Below are positions 45,870 through 55,759 of a stretch of DNA of 64,000 nt, one piece after another (the stretch's first letter is position 1; the number at the start of each line of letters is the position of its first letter). The notes under the pieces are model-generated. The model was not told where the DNA came from, did no database searches, and was given only the letters and a program-made list of their open reading frames with translations. The translations under genes were made by a program, and so were the position numbers. The stretch is from Candidatus Poribacteria bacterium (lineage in GTDB: Bacteria > Poribacteria > WGA-4E > PCPOR2b), in assembly GCA_965204355.1 (NCBI GenBank), contig OZ241983.1, positions 5,061,088 to 5,125,087 of the forward strand, written 5' to 3'.

Positions 45870-48218
45870 CTACTTTAGTATAATCATTTTCTTCGCTGCC
45901 GAATAACTCCCCGCCTGCAAGTGATAGAAGTACGTACCGCTGGACACCCATTCCCCGGTATCACTCCGCCCATCCCAGTACGCTGCCCTTTCTTGGGTGA
46001 GGTATAACCCCGGTGACTGAGATCCTAGCCTAAGAGTCCGCACCCGTTGTCCACCGCTATCGTAAATAACGATGTTAACATCCGCTTCCGTTGCCAGTTG
46101 GTACGGCATCCAAGTTTCGGGGTTGAACGGATTGGGATAATTTTGCAGTAAGCGGGTCTGTTTCACGTAACCGAGGGAGGTCAACAGCTTCTCTTTCGGT
46201 TCGACTGCCAGCGAGTCATCATAGGTGAACCCATCTACAAGTGTAACTTCCTCTCCGTTGGGATTCCTTAGAACAACATCCTTCGCACCAGGGGTCGTTA
46301 CCTCCGGCGTCCTGACTATCAGCTCTGTCAATGACATGTCAGTGATGGCTGAGACAAGTACGCCGCCAATAGTGACCCTTGTACTCCAGTCGCCGACGCG
46401 AAACCCTGTTCCAGTGATAGTCACCGACGTTCTACCTTTCGTAGGTCCCATATTGGGAGCAATACCGGTAATATCGAGGGGTGCGTTGTAGGTGAATGCC
46501 CGTTTTTGCACGACTTCTTGGCCATCGGGATTGACCACACGGACATCTTTGTGGCCAAAGGGCATTGGCAACGTCCTTAAGCGAATTTCGGTTGACGCGA
46601 GACTGTCCAACTGTTCGACCTGTATCCCGCCAATGAAAACAACGTTTCCGTCGCGGAAGTTATTCCCTCTGATAATTACCTCTGTACCGCCGTCAATCGG
46701 TCCTTCGATAGGATAAATCTCATGAATAACCGGGGGAGGAAATGGATCGTAGGTGTACCCTTTCTCCAAAATCCACCCCCTTCCATCTGGAGCCGTTACG
46801 GTAACATCTACCGTTCCAACCGTGCCGGGCGGAATCATGAAATGAATTAGCGTTGGCGTGACGACGACATCGGTCGCCGGATTATCTCCAATTTTTACCG
46901 CCGTATCAAGGGCAAAAGCGCTGCCAGTCAGAATGCCAGTTCCACCACCCATCTGAGATCCATGCGTTGGAGTCATTGTTAGGGGCATTGATGGGGTGTT
47001 CGTGTAAAGAAATTTTCTCCTTTCAACAATGAATGTACTACTGTTAGGAACACGGACCTCAATATCTGTTTCGCCGAGGACGCCCGGCGGTGTGAGTCCC
47101 GTAATCAGTGTGTTAGTTACCTCCAGGTCCGTCACTGACCGACCGCCAATCGTAACAGTCGTTCCAACCGGAAAATCTCCTCCAAAAACTGTGATAGGTT
47201 CGCCACCGTCGACGCTACCTTCTTGAGGGGCAATCGTTCTGACCTTAGCCAAATAATAGATGCCGTTCTCCGCTGTACCCACGTAGAGCCCCGATCCGTG
47301 CGATAGGAGGGAATAAACAGAGGCTCCCTCTAGGGCAGTAGACGACCAAGTCTCTGACCCTGAATCGAAGACGTAAACGCCATGTACCTGCAACCCTGCG
47401 TATAACCGACCGCCTTGAACAGCAAACGTTGAAATGTACGGGGGCTCATCTGATCTATGACGGTTACCGAGTGGAAGTCCAGCCATCGGGTATTCCCAAT
47501 TTTGCGTACCCTCGTTCCATACGCCAACCCCCGCTTGACCGGCAACGTACAGCCGCCCATTAAGGGCCGCCCAATCATTTACACGACCATAATCAAAACG
47601 GCCGAGCCCTTCCCATGTCTTGCCGTTGTCAGGTGAACGAAGCATAGAACCGATTGATATTGCACTCCAAAGATAACCATCAAACGCTGTCATCGAGTAG
47701 ATGCTATTTCCTGCCAGCCACTCCTCTGAGATATCGTGCCACGTCTCCCCACGGTCTGTCGATGTATAGGTGCCGTTATGGTACATCACATTGATGATAT
47801 TGTTATCCGTGATAAGGATGCGACGAACTTCACCGTAATGGCGTGTCCCGTCTTCGAATTCATGAAAGCGCAATCCGTTCCGAATCGATTTCCAAGTCAG
47901 CCCGGCATCATCGGACCGGAACACGCCTTGGCCCCATGTCCCCACGTAAATGGTATCTCTATTGACCGTCAGTGTGCTGACTGGATCGTTAAACGAAGTC
48001 GGAAACCAACTATTTCCCCCATCTTCGGAAACAAAAACACCGTTATCCGTCCCGGCGTAGAGTCGGAAGGCATGGGCTGCAAGTGATCTAACGCTTTCCA
48101 TTGCTATCCCATCGTCGAGTTGGATCCAGTTGTTATCTCCCCATGTAAGGTTCGTTCCCCCTACCATTCCTACCACAATCACTGCAACAGCAACTTTGGC
48201 TAAACGTCGGGTGTGCAT
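45870..48218 (-). CDS. secreted BNR-propeller / IPT-TIG repeat protein with a T9SS-type C-terminal sorting domain
   Basis: Asp-box repeats (DGGNSW, DAGLTW, DRGETW, DNGKTW) and three IPT/TIG-like repeats. The C-terminus LLQNYPNPFNPETW ... IYDSGGQRVRTL ... GTYFY matches a Por-secretion tail. Confidence 0.6.
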   Translation of the reverse strand: MHTRRLAKVAVAVIVVGMVGGTNLTWGDNNWIQLDDGIAMESVRSLAAHAFRLYAGTDNGVFVSEDGGNSWFPTSFNDPVSTLTVNRDTIYVGTWGQGVFRSDDAGLTWKSIRNGLRFHEFEDGTRHYGEVRRILITDNNIINVMYHNGTYTSTDRGETWHDISEEWLAGNSIYSMTAFDGYLWSAISIGSMLRSPDNGKTWEGLGRFDYGRVNDWAALNGRLYVAGQAGVGVWNEGTQNWEYPMAGLPLGNRHRSDEPPYISTFAVQGGRLYAGLQVHGVYVFDSGSETWSSTALEGASVYSLLSHGSGLYVGTAENGIYYLAKVRTIAPQEGSVDGGEPITVFGGDFPVGTTVTIGGRSVTDLEVTNTLITGLTPPGVLGETDIEVRVPNSSTFIVERRKFLYTNTPSMPLTMTPTHGSQMGGGTGILTGSAFALDTAVKIGDNPATDVVVTPTLIHFMIPPGTVGTVDVTVTAPDGRGWILEKGYTYDPFPPPVIHEIYPIEGPIDGGTEVIIRGNNFRDGNVVFIGGIQVEQLDSLASTEIRLRTLPMPFGHKDVRVVNPDGQEVVQKRAFTYNAPLDITGIAPNMGPTKGRTSVTITGTGFRVGDWSTRVTIGGVLVSAITDMSLTELIVRTPEVTTPGAKDVVLRNPNGEEVTLVDGFTYDDSLAVEPKEKLLTSLGYVKQTRLLQNYPNPFNPETWMPYQLATEADVNIVIYDSGGQRVRTLRLGSQSPGLYLTQERAAYWDGRSDTGEWVSSGTYFYHLQAGSYSAAKKMIILK

Positions 48219-48711
48219 CGTATCCCTCCATAGTATCTGCGATAAGTAGTTCCAATCGCTGTAGCGGAGGGCAATTTTCATGCCGAGTGACGATGCCTGT
48301 ATAATCTGTTGCAGTCGCAGAAACGTCTCAAACGGGTGTATTGATAGCGAACAGTGATGTTCAATTTGTGAACAATCGTAGGCAAAGGCTTCAGTAAGTC
48401 GATTTCTAATGAACTAGAACCGTTGCCCGACACGGTGCAATCCTGCTATCGCTTCTAACCTTAAATGCACAACGCGTCTATAAAACCTATCAACTCGCGT
48501 TAATACACCTTCCGACGGAGGGATGATAAATCAACACTTTTCATTATAACACAGGAGTCAAAGGGCGGAAAGCACAAACCCTTATCCAGTCCCCTAACTC
48601 CCTCCCCAAAGTTATTGACAAAAAGAACGGCGAGATGTTATTATTGCCAATATGTAATCTATCCCAATACGATTGACGCACCCCAAAATATCACGATTCA
48701 GAGGAATGTGA

Positions 48712-51093
48712 GTGAACCACTTAAAATTTTTCCTAATCCTGTTATTGACCCTCGGTACTCTCGCTGCCGCCCCGGTCCCTGTCGATGCACGTCCACCTGA
48801 TCCAGGGTTGTATAGCGCCATTCGGAGTGCCCGAAAATATATCAATCCCAAGCCGAGTTATGCCCTCAACGAAATTGAGGAATGCTTTACAGACACCTTC
48901 AACACCCTCGCCCAAAACTGGGATCGCCTGCCAGCGGTCTATCAGCGTGAGTTTCAAGGAATTTTCCTGCGACCGGGGCAACCCGGCAGCCCTTACGGTT
49001 CCGTCAACCTGCCAAATAAATTTGATACGCCCCACTTTCGGTTACACTACACCACCGTCGGTCCACATGCACCACCGCTTGAAGATGTCAATCCGTTGAA
49101 CGGTGTGCCGGACTACGTTGATCTTTGTGCCGAAGCACACGAGAAATCGTTCCACATTGAGGTCAATCTGATGGGCTTCAAAAAGCCTTATGACGATTTT
49201 TGGGACGCGCACAACGGCGGCAATCATAAATATGATGTGTACCTGTTTCAATTTCCGGCGCTCGGCTTTACAACGACCAACTGGTATCATGGACGGATAC
49301 GACCGACCGTCGTGACCTTCGGTCCCTATTTTGCGATAAATTCCCGCCTCTATGACTATTTTGGCAAGTTAGAGGGCAACCGTTTCATAGAAACAACCAC
49401 CGCACATGAATTTCTTCACGGGATCCAGTTCGCTTATAACGCACGAATGCCGGGTTGGTTCATGGAAGCGTCGGCGACATGGATTGAGTCAAAAGTATAC
49501 GACGGCGGACTGATTGATGATCGCGACGATATCCCCGATCCCGACGAGATTGGTGAGACCGATGCCTACGACTATTACGCCAGACAACTGGGTATCTTTT
49601 TGGATCAGCCTGATATCGCGCTCGACAGTCTTGTCGGTTTGCACGAATACGCCGCGGTGATCTGGGTATTTTACATGGCGGAACGATTCGATGTCGATAT
49701 TGTTCGCCAGTTTTATGGGGATGCAACGGAGGGCTCTTACCGCGAATTCGGTAACTTTCTGGACGTCTTTACCAACCACGGCACAACGCTGGTTGAGGCG
49801 TTTAAGACGTTTACCGAATGGAACTACTTTACGCATGACCGTGATGACGGGAAACACTACCTCAACGGACACCGCTTCCCGCCGGTTGTCATTCACCCGA
49901 GCGATATACATGACGACTATCCTATCCGCGTTGATTTTGATTCAGAGGCGATGCCAGAGCCGTTCTCGGCACGTTATATCGTCTTCGAACCGCCTCCCGG
50001 CGTTGTGATGAACGAATTCGCTGTCAAGGTTGATGGCGCCGACATCGCTCCAATCGACCTAAGCGCTTTGCACGTAACAGATCGGGCTGCAATTCAGAAC
50101 GAATTGGATCGACTCGATATCTTTGGCGTGCGCGGTTGGGGCGCAAAGTTCATCGTCGAAAAACGGGATGGGAGCCATGAGATCCGAGAGGCATTCACCT
50201 ACCAACGTTCTCAAGAAGGACAGATCACGTTCAATGACTTCGGGGGTGATATTAAAAAAATTACACTTATCCTGATTAATCTGCGTCCGGATGTCGAGCA
50301 GGTTGTTATCCCCGGTGGGGGCTATTTTGGCGGTGCTGTGAGCTATATGGCAGGTCGTCCGCCCGCTGGTGCCCTTTCGACACCTACAGTCTCGCAAGAA
50401 GGGGACGTAGGCGTACGTGTGCAGTGGGAGCTGGAAGATTTGACAGATATTCGTGAAGTGGTTATTGTCCGCAAGCGCTATACATCGTTGATTGATACCG
50501 ATGACCCGCAATCCTTCCAGACCGCCGCAGAAGTGCTGAATGCCGCAGATCGGAATGACGATGGTATCCCCAACGATGACATCAATATTGTCGGACGGGT
50601 CAATGCAACGGATACGTACTTTGTGGACACGACGATCTTTCAAGATATTGATGTGGACGATTCTCGCTTCAACCCAGAGGATACCCGCTACTACTACGCA
50701 GTTGTGCCCGTCGATGCAATTGGGATTATGGGCACGCCGAGCATCGACCCAAACGGTATTACCCCCATCTTTAACCCGCCGAATATCGCTGCTGCCCCAG
50801 TACAGACTCAACTGCTCCAAAGTTATCCCAATCCATTCAATCCAGACGTTTGGATCCCCTACGAATTGGGAAACGACGCCTCCGTTTCAGTCGAGATCTA
50901 CAATATATCAGGGCAGTTGGTACGGACATTGCACGTCGGTATGCAAGAGCGCGGACGTTACATCAGCAAGGATAAAGCTGTTTTCTGGGATGGACGCACC
51001 CAACTGGGAGAACGGGCTGCCAGCGGTGTCTACTTCTATCTGCTGAAGGCTGGCGATTATGTCTCCATGCGGAAAATGGCAATTCTGAAGTAG
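48712..51093 (+). CDS. secreted putative HExxH zinc metalloprotease with a T9SS-type C-terminal sorting domain
   Basis: A signal peptide, then TTAHEFLHGIQF (HExxH). The C-terminal 90 aa (LLQSYPNPFNPDVW ... IYNISGQLVRTL ... GVYFY) are paralogous to the C-terminus of the neighbouring gene. Confidence 0.55.
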   Translation: MNHLKFFLILLLTLGTLAAAPVPVDARPPDPGLYSAIRSARKYINPKPSYALNEIEECFTDTFNTLAQNWDRLPAVYQREFQGIFLRPGQPGSPYGSVNLPNKFDTPHFRLHYTTVGPHAPPLEDVNPLNGVPDYVDLCAEAHEKSFHIEVNLMGFKKPYDDFWDAHNGGNHKYDVYLFQFPALGFTTTNWYHGRIRPTVVTFGPYFAINSRLYDYFGKLEGNRFIETTTAHEFLHGIQFAYNARMPGWFMEASATWIESKVYDGGLIDDRDDIPDPDEIGETDAYDYYARQLGIFLDQPDIALDSLVGLHEYAAVIWVFYMAERFDVDIVRQFYGDATEGSYREFGNFLDVFTNHGTTLVEAFKTFTEWNYFTHDRDDGKHYLNGHRFPPVVIHPSDIHDDYPIRVDFDSEAMPEPFSARYIVFEPPPGVVMNEFAVKVDGADIAPIDLSALHVTDRAAIQNELDRLDIFGVRGWGAKFIVEKRDGSHEIREAFTYQRSQEGQITFNDFGGDIKKITLILINLRPDVEQVVIPGGGYFGGAVSYMAGRPPAGALSTPTVSQEGDVGVRVQWELEDLTDIREVVIVRKRYTSLIDTDDPQSFQTAAEVLNAADRNDDGIPNDDINIVGRVNATDTYFVDTTIFQDIDVDDSRFNPEDTRYYYAVVPVDAIGIMGTPSIDPNGITPIFNPPNIAAAPVQTQLLQSYPNPFNPDVWIPYELGNDASVSVEIYNISGQLVRTLHVGMQERGRYISKDKAVFWDGRTQLGERAASGVYFYLLKAGDYVSMRKMAILK

Positions 51094-51169
51094 TGCACAA
51101 AGCGTAATTGTTTCCATTACGATAGGAGCTCTTTGACGTGATAAAAGATATCATCGTTATTCTTCTTTT

Positions 51170-51314
51170 TGGCGCATATAAAAAGAAAGTGCAAAATATG
51201 AAGCGAAATCGTAGGGGCGGGGTTTCCCCGCCCGCCGTAAGGGTTGGGAAACCCAACCCCCCTGGTCTCGGAACGGACTACGAAAACTCGGTTGCTGTTA
51301 CACGTTTTCTTAAC
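51170..51314. repeat. family C repeat ending in ttcttaacATGa; the ATG is the likely start codon of the downstream lipoprotein gene
   Basis: Sequence gtgcaaaatatgaagcgaaatcgtaggggcggggtttccccgcccgccgtaagggttgggaaacccaaccc ... cggttgctgttacacgttttcttaacatgag. Compare the copies at 25940-26110 and 31255-31340. Confidence 0.5.
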
Positions 51315-52244
51315 ATGAGCCTTCTTTTTTGTATCGTGCTACTTTCCATCCTCGGTTGTGGCGAGGAAGGTCTAATCGATCCACACGGCGAAGTCGAGCT
51401 TTCACCGCTTTCCAATGAAGGATTTCAAGCCGCCGACTTCCCTACAAACAACGGATCCGCGTGGACCTATCGTAACGTGGGATTTGGATTGTATAACGCT
51501 GGTCAGGAAGAGGCCATCCAAGCGCTCTTGGAGGAGACATTTACAATCAGGATTGAAGGCACACGAGATATTAGCGGGCTTACCCACCGTCAGGCGACTG
51601 TCAGTGAAATCAAAGCAATTGTTCGCACAGACCGCGGAGACGAAGAGAGAGTCTTCCGAGCACCGGTCGATCATCTTTCCGCAAATGCGCGCTATTATCG
51701 CATCGACTCCGATTTTCTGGATGTCGATTTGCCACTATATGCGACCTATTTCCATAACACGCCACAGACCTATACCGAATCAGCATTTGATGTCTATGTT
51801 TTCTTTCTTGATAACCCGGTACTACATCAGAAACATTTCCCGCCGCGGCTTATCTGGGATTTTCCCTTGCAGATCGGGAAAGAATGGACGGTCTTCGAGA
51901 CCAAAACATCACCACCGCATCGGGTGGTCCGCCGTGTTGTCGACGCAAATGTCTCCATAACGGTTCCCGCCGGAAGTTACAATAACGCTTACCTGGTTGA
52001 GGAGGAAATTGTCGGCTTGTCACAACTGCCAGCGTTAAAAGTATCTGACGATTTTGAGACGTTGGAGAATGCCAGGTACGAACCCGCAAAGTATTGGGTC
52101 GTTCCGAACCTCGGCGTGGTTAAATATCAGTATACCTATCTGTTGACCGAAAGGGAATTAACGGATGGAGTGTTCGTGAATCTACTTTTTTCTGGGGATT
52201 TTGAGTTGAGTGACTTTGATCTCCCCGACGACAGCTTACGTTAG
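51315..52244 (+). CDS. hypothetical lipoprotein
   Basis: A lipoprotein signal MSLLFCIVLLSILGCG, then a soluble domain with no recognised motif. Confidence 0.5.
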   Translation: MSLLFCIVLLSILGCGEEGLIDPHGEVELSPLSNEGFQAADFPTNNGSAWTYRNVGFGLYNAGQEEAIQALLEETFTIRIEGTRDISGLTHRQATVSEIKAIVRTDRGDEERVFRAPVDHLSANARYYRIDSDFLDVDLPLYATYFHNTPQTYTESAFDVYVFFLDNPVLHQKHFPPRLIWDFPLQIGKEWTVFETKTSPPHRVVRRVVDANVSITVPAGSYNNAYLVEEEIVGLSQLPALKVSDDFETLENARYEPAKYWVVPNLGVVKYQYTYLLTERELTDGVFVNLLFSGDFELSDFDLPDDSLR

Positions 52245-52260
52245 TCCACAGCTATCCATT

Positions 52261-53076
52261 ATGCAGCCATTACAGTTCATCAAAAAGAAGATTAAACAGC
52301 TGTTCTACGTCCTGTATCAGAAACGGCTTGAGCGTGAAGCGAGTCAGTGGCATACCCCTTATCATATCGGAATTATCTTGGATGGAAACCGCCGGTACGC
52401 GAAAACGGAAGGCTTTTTTGATGCCACTAAAGGGCAGTACGGACACTCTGAAGGCGGGGATAAATTAGAAGAGGTACTCCATTGGTGCGACGAATTGGGG
52501 GTAAAAATTGTCTCGATCTGGATCTGTTCTCTCGATAACTTCGTCAACCGCGAGGAGAAGGAAGTAGCCGAGATTTTCAATGTCATTGAGACCAAAATGC
52601 GCTCGCTGCTCACCATCGAAGGGCTCCACACCAACCAGATTAAGGTTCGTCCCATGGGAGAGCTCGAATTACTGCCGCCGAGCCTTCAAGAAGCCATTCG
52701 CGATGTCGAAGAAGCGACAAAGAACTACGATAAATTTATCCTCAACGTCGCTGTGGCGTACGGCGGACGTGAGGAAATCGTCGAAGCGTTCCGGCGTTAC
52801 CTAAAATCGGAGGCGGCGGAAGGTAAAACGCCGGACCAGATAGCAGCAGAACTGAGTGCGGATACGATTACTGAGCATCTCTACACCTCCAACCTGCCAG
52901 ATCCGGACCTGATTATCCGAACCAGCGGCGAGATTCGGCTCAGCGGCTTTATGCTCTGGCAGAGTGCTTATTCAGAATACTACTTCTGCGATACCTATTG
53001 GCCCGGCTTCAGAAAGATCGACTTCCTCCGCGCAATCCGTGACTATAGCCATCGAGAACGACGGTTCGGAAAATAG
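52261..53076 (+). CDS. uppS: isoprenyl transferase (undecaprenyl diphosphate synthase family)
   Basis: Contains HIGIILDGNRRYAK and the C-terminal RTSGEIRLSGFMLWQSAYSEYYF ... RERRFG, the cis-prenyltransferase signature. Confidence 0.75.
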   Translation: MQPLQFIKKKIKQLFYVLYQKRLEREASQWHTPYHIGIILDGNRRYAKTEGFFDATKGQYGHSEGGDKLEEVLHWCDELGVKIVSIWICSLDNFVNREEKEVAEIFNVIETKMRSLLTIEGLHTNQIKVRPMGELELLPPSLQEAIRDVEEATKNYDKFILNVAVAYGGREEIVEAFRRYLKSEAAEGKTPDQIAAELSADTITEHLYTSNLPDPDLIIRTSGEIRLSGFMLWQSAYSEYYFCDTYWPGFRKIDFLRAIRDYSHRERRFGK

Positions 53077-53103
53077 GAAGCGCATGCTGCTGTACGAGGA
53101 CCA

Positions 53104-53886
53104 CTACCGGCGGTGTGCAATTTCGATGAGCGTCTCACCCACGATCTTGTATCTATGCGAATCTAACCGTTCAACCTCTGACCGTTTCGCTTTCGCGTCA
53201 ACCGCCTTTTCGTCCAGCAGTTCTGTGATAAACTCATAAGGCGGATCAATACTAAACGGCTCGATCTCCCCGATTTTTTCCATCGCTTCCCTTCCACCAT
53301 CCTGCAAGAGCACTCTCGCTTTCGCGGGCGAGAGCGACAACGCACTCGTCTGCGAGAGCCCCTTCTTCGTCATTACCGATACGATGTTCGGCACATACCC
53401 CTGTGTTTCAGCGATTGCCGTATCGTCCCCACTGATAAATACCGTTGGGATGCCGAACGAGCCTGCAACTGCTGCATTAAATCCGATCTCTCCTATCAAT
53501 TCCCCATTAAGCCAGCAGTTGGCAATTGTGCGCGAACTCCAGCTATGACAGAGAACACCGCGTTCTGTGTTTCCCATCGAATGGTGCCCGTAAAGCATAA
53601 ACGCATCGAACGACTCATCCAATCCCCAAGGCGCCGAAATTGGACGACCGATGATCATCTGGGCTTCCGGATGCATCAGTTCATAGTCGATTCCTCCCGG
53701 CCCGTGACCATCTAAAAACCACACCTCCCGCGCTCCGCCCTCCAATACACCATCAACCAGTGCATTCACTTCCAAGGTCGCAAGCCGCTTCGCTTGCTCA
53801 TAATATTTCGCATCGCTATAGGTCTGCTGATGGAAATCGACGACTCCGGCAGTTCCTTCCAAGTCACCAAGAATAAATACTCGCAT
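53104..53886 (-). CDS. M55-family D-aminopeptidase (DppA-like)
   Basis: Begins MRVFILGDLEGTAGV ... VWFLDGHGPGG. N-terminus and length are consistent with peptidase M55. Confidence 0.6.
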   Translation of the reverse strand: MRVFILGDLEGTAGVVDFHQQTYSDAKYYEQAKRLATLEVNALVDGVLEGGAREVWFLDGHGPGGIDYELMHPEAQMIIGRPISAPWGLDESFDAFMLYGHHSMGNTERGVLCHSWSSRTIANCWLNGELIGEIGFNAAVAGSFGIPTVFISGDDTAIAETQGYVPNIVSVMTKKGLSQTSALSLSPAKARVLLQDGGREAMEKIGEIEPFSIDPPYEFITELLDEKAVDAKAKRSEVERLDSHRYKIVGETLIEIAHRR

Positions 53887-54117
53887 ATCCGCCTCCTTTT
53901 GACTCTCAGAAAATCCTTGACAACTGACCACATCTGTTTCATAATAACTTCAAGAAACGCCCACGGAGAAAAGTTAGTGATTACAAGCCTGTAGGACGTT
54001 ATGGTGGATTCTCAATTGGCTATTATACTCTTGTTCTTTGGTTTGTCAATCTTTTCGCTGGGGCTTAAATGCAGCCGTTTAGAGCCAATTCACAAATTGT
54101 ATGATGGAGGCTAAATT

Positions 54118-54909
54118 ATGGGTTTCAAACTTGGTTATAGTACGTTACGCTGGCAAACACCTGACCTCGAACCGCTCCTGTTAGAACTCAAGGAAGCTGG
54201 ATGGGACGGATGGGAAATGCGCCAATCTTTTGATTGGGTGGGAACGCCTAAGCGGGTTCGACAGGTCTGTGATAATGTCGGTATGCCGGTCGTCGTGGTC
54301 ACCGCACGGGGACTCCCGATTGACAAGGATTGGGAGCAGATGGAGATGAACAAACGCCGGATGGACTTCGCCGCTGAAGTTGGCGCGGACTGTTTTATGT
54401 TCATGGGAGCGGGCAAACCGCAAGACCGTCCTGTCAATGACGACGACATCGCTGCACTCGCAGATGTGTCAGAAGAGTGGGCAGAATACGCCGGGCAGTA
54501 CGACCTTGAGGTGTGTTACCATATACATACCAACACGACGATTGACTCGATCGAAGATTGGGCGAAATATATGAGCCTGCTTAGAAAGTGTAAGCTGTGC
54601 ATCGACGTTTCGCACTCCGCGTTGTGGGGATATGATCCCGTCGAGTCGATAAAGCGTTACAAGGATCAGCTAATCTACGTCCACCTGCAAGACTACGCAA
54701 GTTTCTCCGGCGGCAACGGCGACTCTTACGACGTCAATTGGGTCGATGTCGGCAGTGGGACCGTGATGGACTTCCCAAAAATCATGAAAACCTTGGAGGA
54801 GATTGGATACGACCGCTGGGTGACAGCCTGCCCCGGTCAAATCGAAGACCGATCCGATCGGGAGCGCATGGACGTCAATCGGAAATATCTCCAGCAGTTG
54901 GGATATTAA
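54118..54909 (+). CDS. sugar phosphate isomerase/epimerase (xylose-isomerase-like TIM barrel)
   Basis: Contains MGFKLGYSTLRW ... and a conserved E/H/D/E metal-ligand pattern. The protein is 263 aa. Confidence 0.7.
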   Translation: MGFKLGYSTLRWQTPDLEPLLLELKEAGWDGWEMRQSFDWVGTPKRVRQVCDNVGMPVVVVTARGLPIDKDWEQMEMNKRRMDFAAEVGADCFMFMGAGKPQDRPVNDDDIAALADVSEEWAEYAGQYDLEVCYHIHTNTTIDSIEDWAKYMSLLRKCKLCIDVSHSALWGYDPVESIKRYKDQLIYVHLQDYASFSGGNGDSYDVNWVDVGSGTVMDFPKIMKTLEEIGYDRWVTACPGQIEDRSDRERMDVNRKYLQQLGY

Positions 54910-55253
54910 GCCTAATCCAAATTACCACTTATGGGATAGGTTACGGCTGGGTTAAGATAACTCAAATTGCTAGGTATTGAGATTTCATCGGCTAGTACAG
55001 TGTCAGATAAAGTTAATGGCCCTGCTTGTTGTGGATTGACAAATCCACAACCCTTTCAAAAAGAGGGCTTGGATATCACTATCCAAGCCCTAGTGAGGGA
55101 CTCATCATGGTTTATGTGACAGAGCACTAGTCGTTATAGCTAAATTGCTCAACTTTTCGTTCCAATAGAATAGCGATGCGGACTCTCCTCGCGCTCCAAA
55201 GGTGAGTTTGTTTGCCGCCCATACCCCGCCGAAGAAAACTAGAGGAGACAATT

Positions 55254-55562
55254 ATGGATTTTTCTGCATGGTCCCCATCACACGCCCTGCTTGTTGGCAT
55301 CACGCTGCTTGCATTTGGTGGGCAACTGATAGCAATATTAACTTACTTGAAAATAACAGCAAAACAGCATAGCACGGAAATTCAGCAATTAGCGGATCAG
55401 ATACAAAAGCAGGGCGAGCGATTAGAAGATCGAATTGACAAGCGAATTGGTGAGGTGAAAGCCGAAATCTCCGACGTGCGAGGAGAAATCCGCGATGTCC
55501 GGTTGGAGATGAGCAAACTCAACCAGAATCACATCGATCACCTAACACATCATGATCAGTGA
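55254..55562 (+). CDS. small membrane-anchored coiled-coil protein (N-terminal transmembrane helix plus heptad repeats and a His-rich tail)
   Basis: An AGGAGA ribosome-binding site lies upstream. The transmembrane helix is ALLVGITLLAFGGQLIAILTYL. Heptads are RIDKRIG/EVKAEIS/DVRGEIR/DVRLEMS. The architecture matches the 23884-24231 protein. Confidence 0.5.
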   Translation: MDFSAWSPSHALLVGITLLAFGGQLIAILTYLKITAKQHSTEIQQLADQIQKQGERLEDRIDKRIGEVKAEISDVRGEIRDVRLEMSKLNQNHIDHLTHHDQ

Positions 55563-55759
55563 TCAATATCAGCCAACCCACGGTGAAATTCAACCTGCGT
55601 CGGCTACACGATGACCGCTTCTTTGTTATACTAGATCTACGACATCTCCTCCAACATTACTTAACGGAGGCACGACAACCTTGAGGCATATCCAAACTGC
55701 TAGGCCATCGGCTATAAATCATTTACGTTTCATGCATCACGCTAAAGGGGTGAAAAACC

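Noticed and set aside
51138-51314. Upstream in-frame extension of the lipoprotein ORF (start at 51138 or 51195, MKRNRRGG ...).
   Set aside because: The extension is encoded entirely by the family C repeat (gtaggggcggggtttccccgcccgc ...). It would give a 40-60 aa n-region, which is incompatible with a lipoprotein signal. The ATG at 51315 is the credible start.
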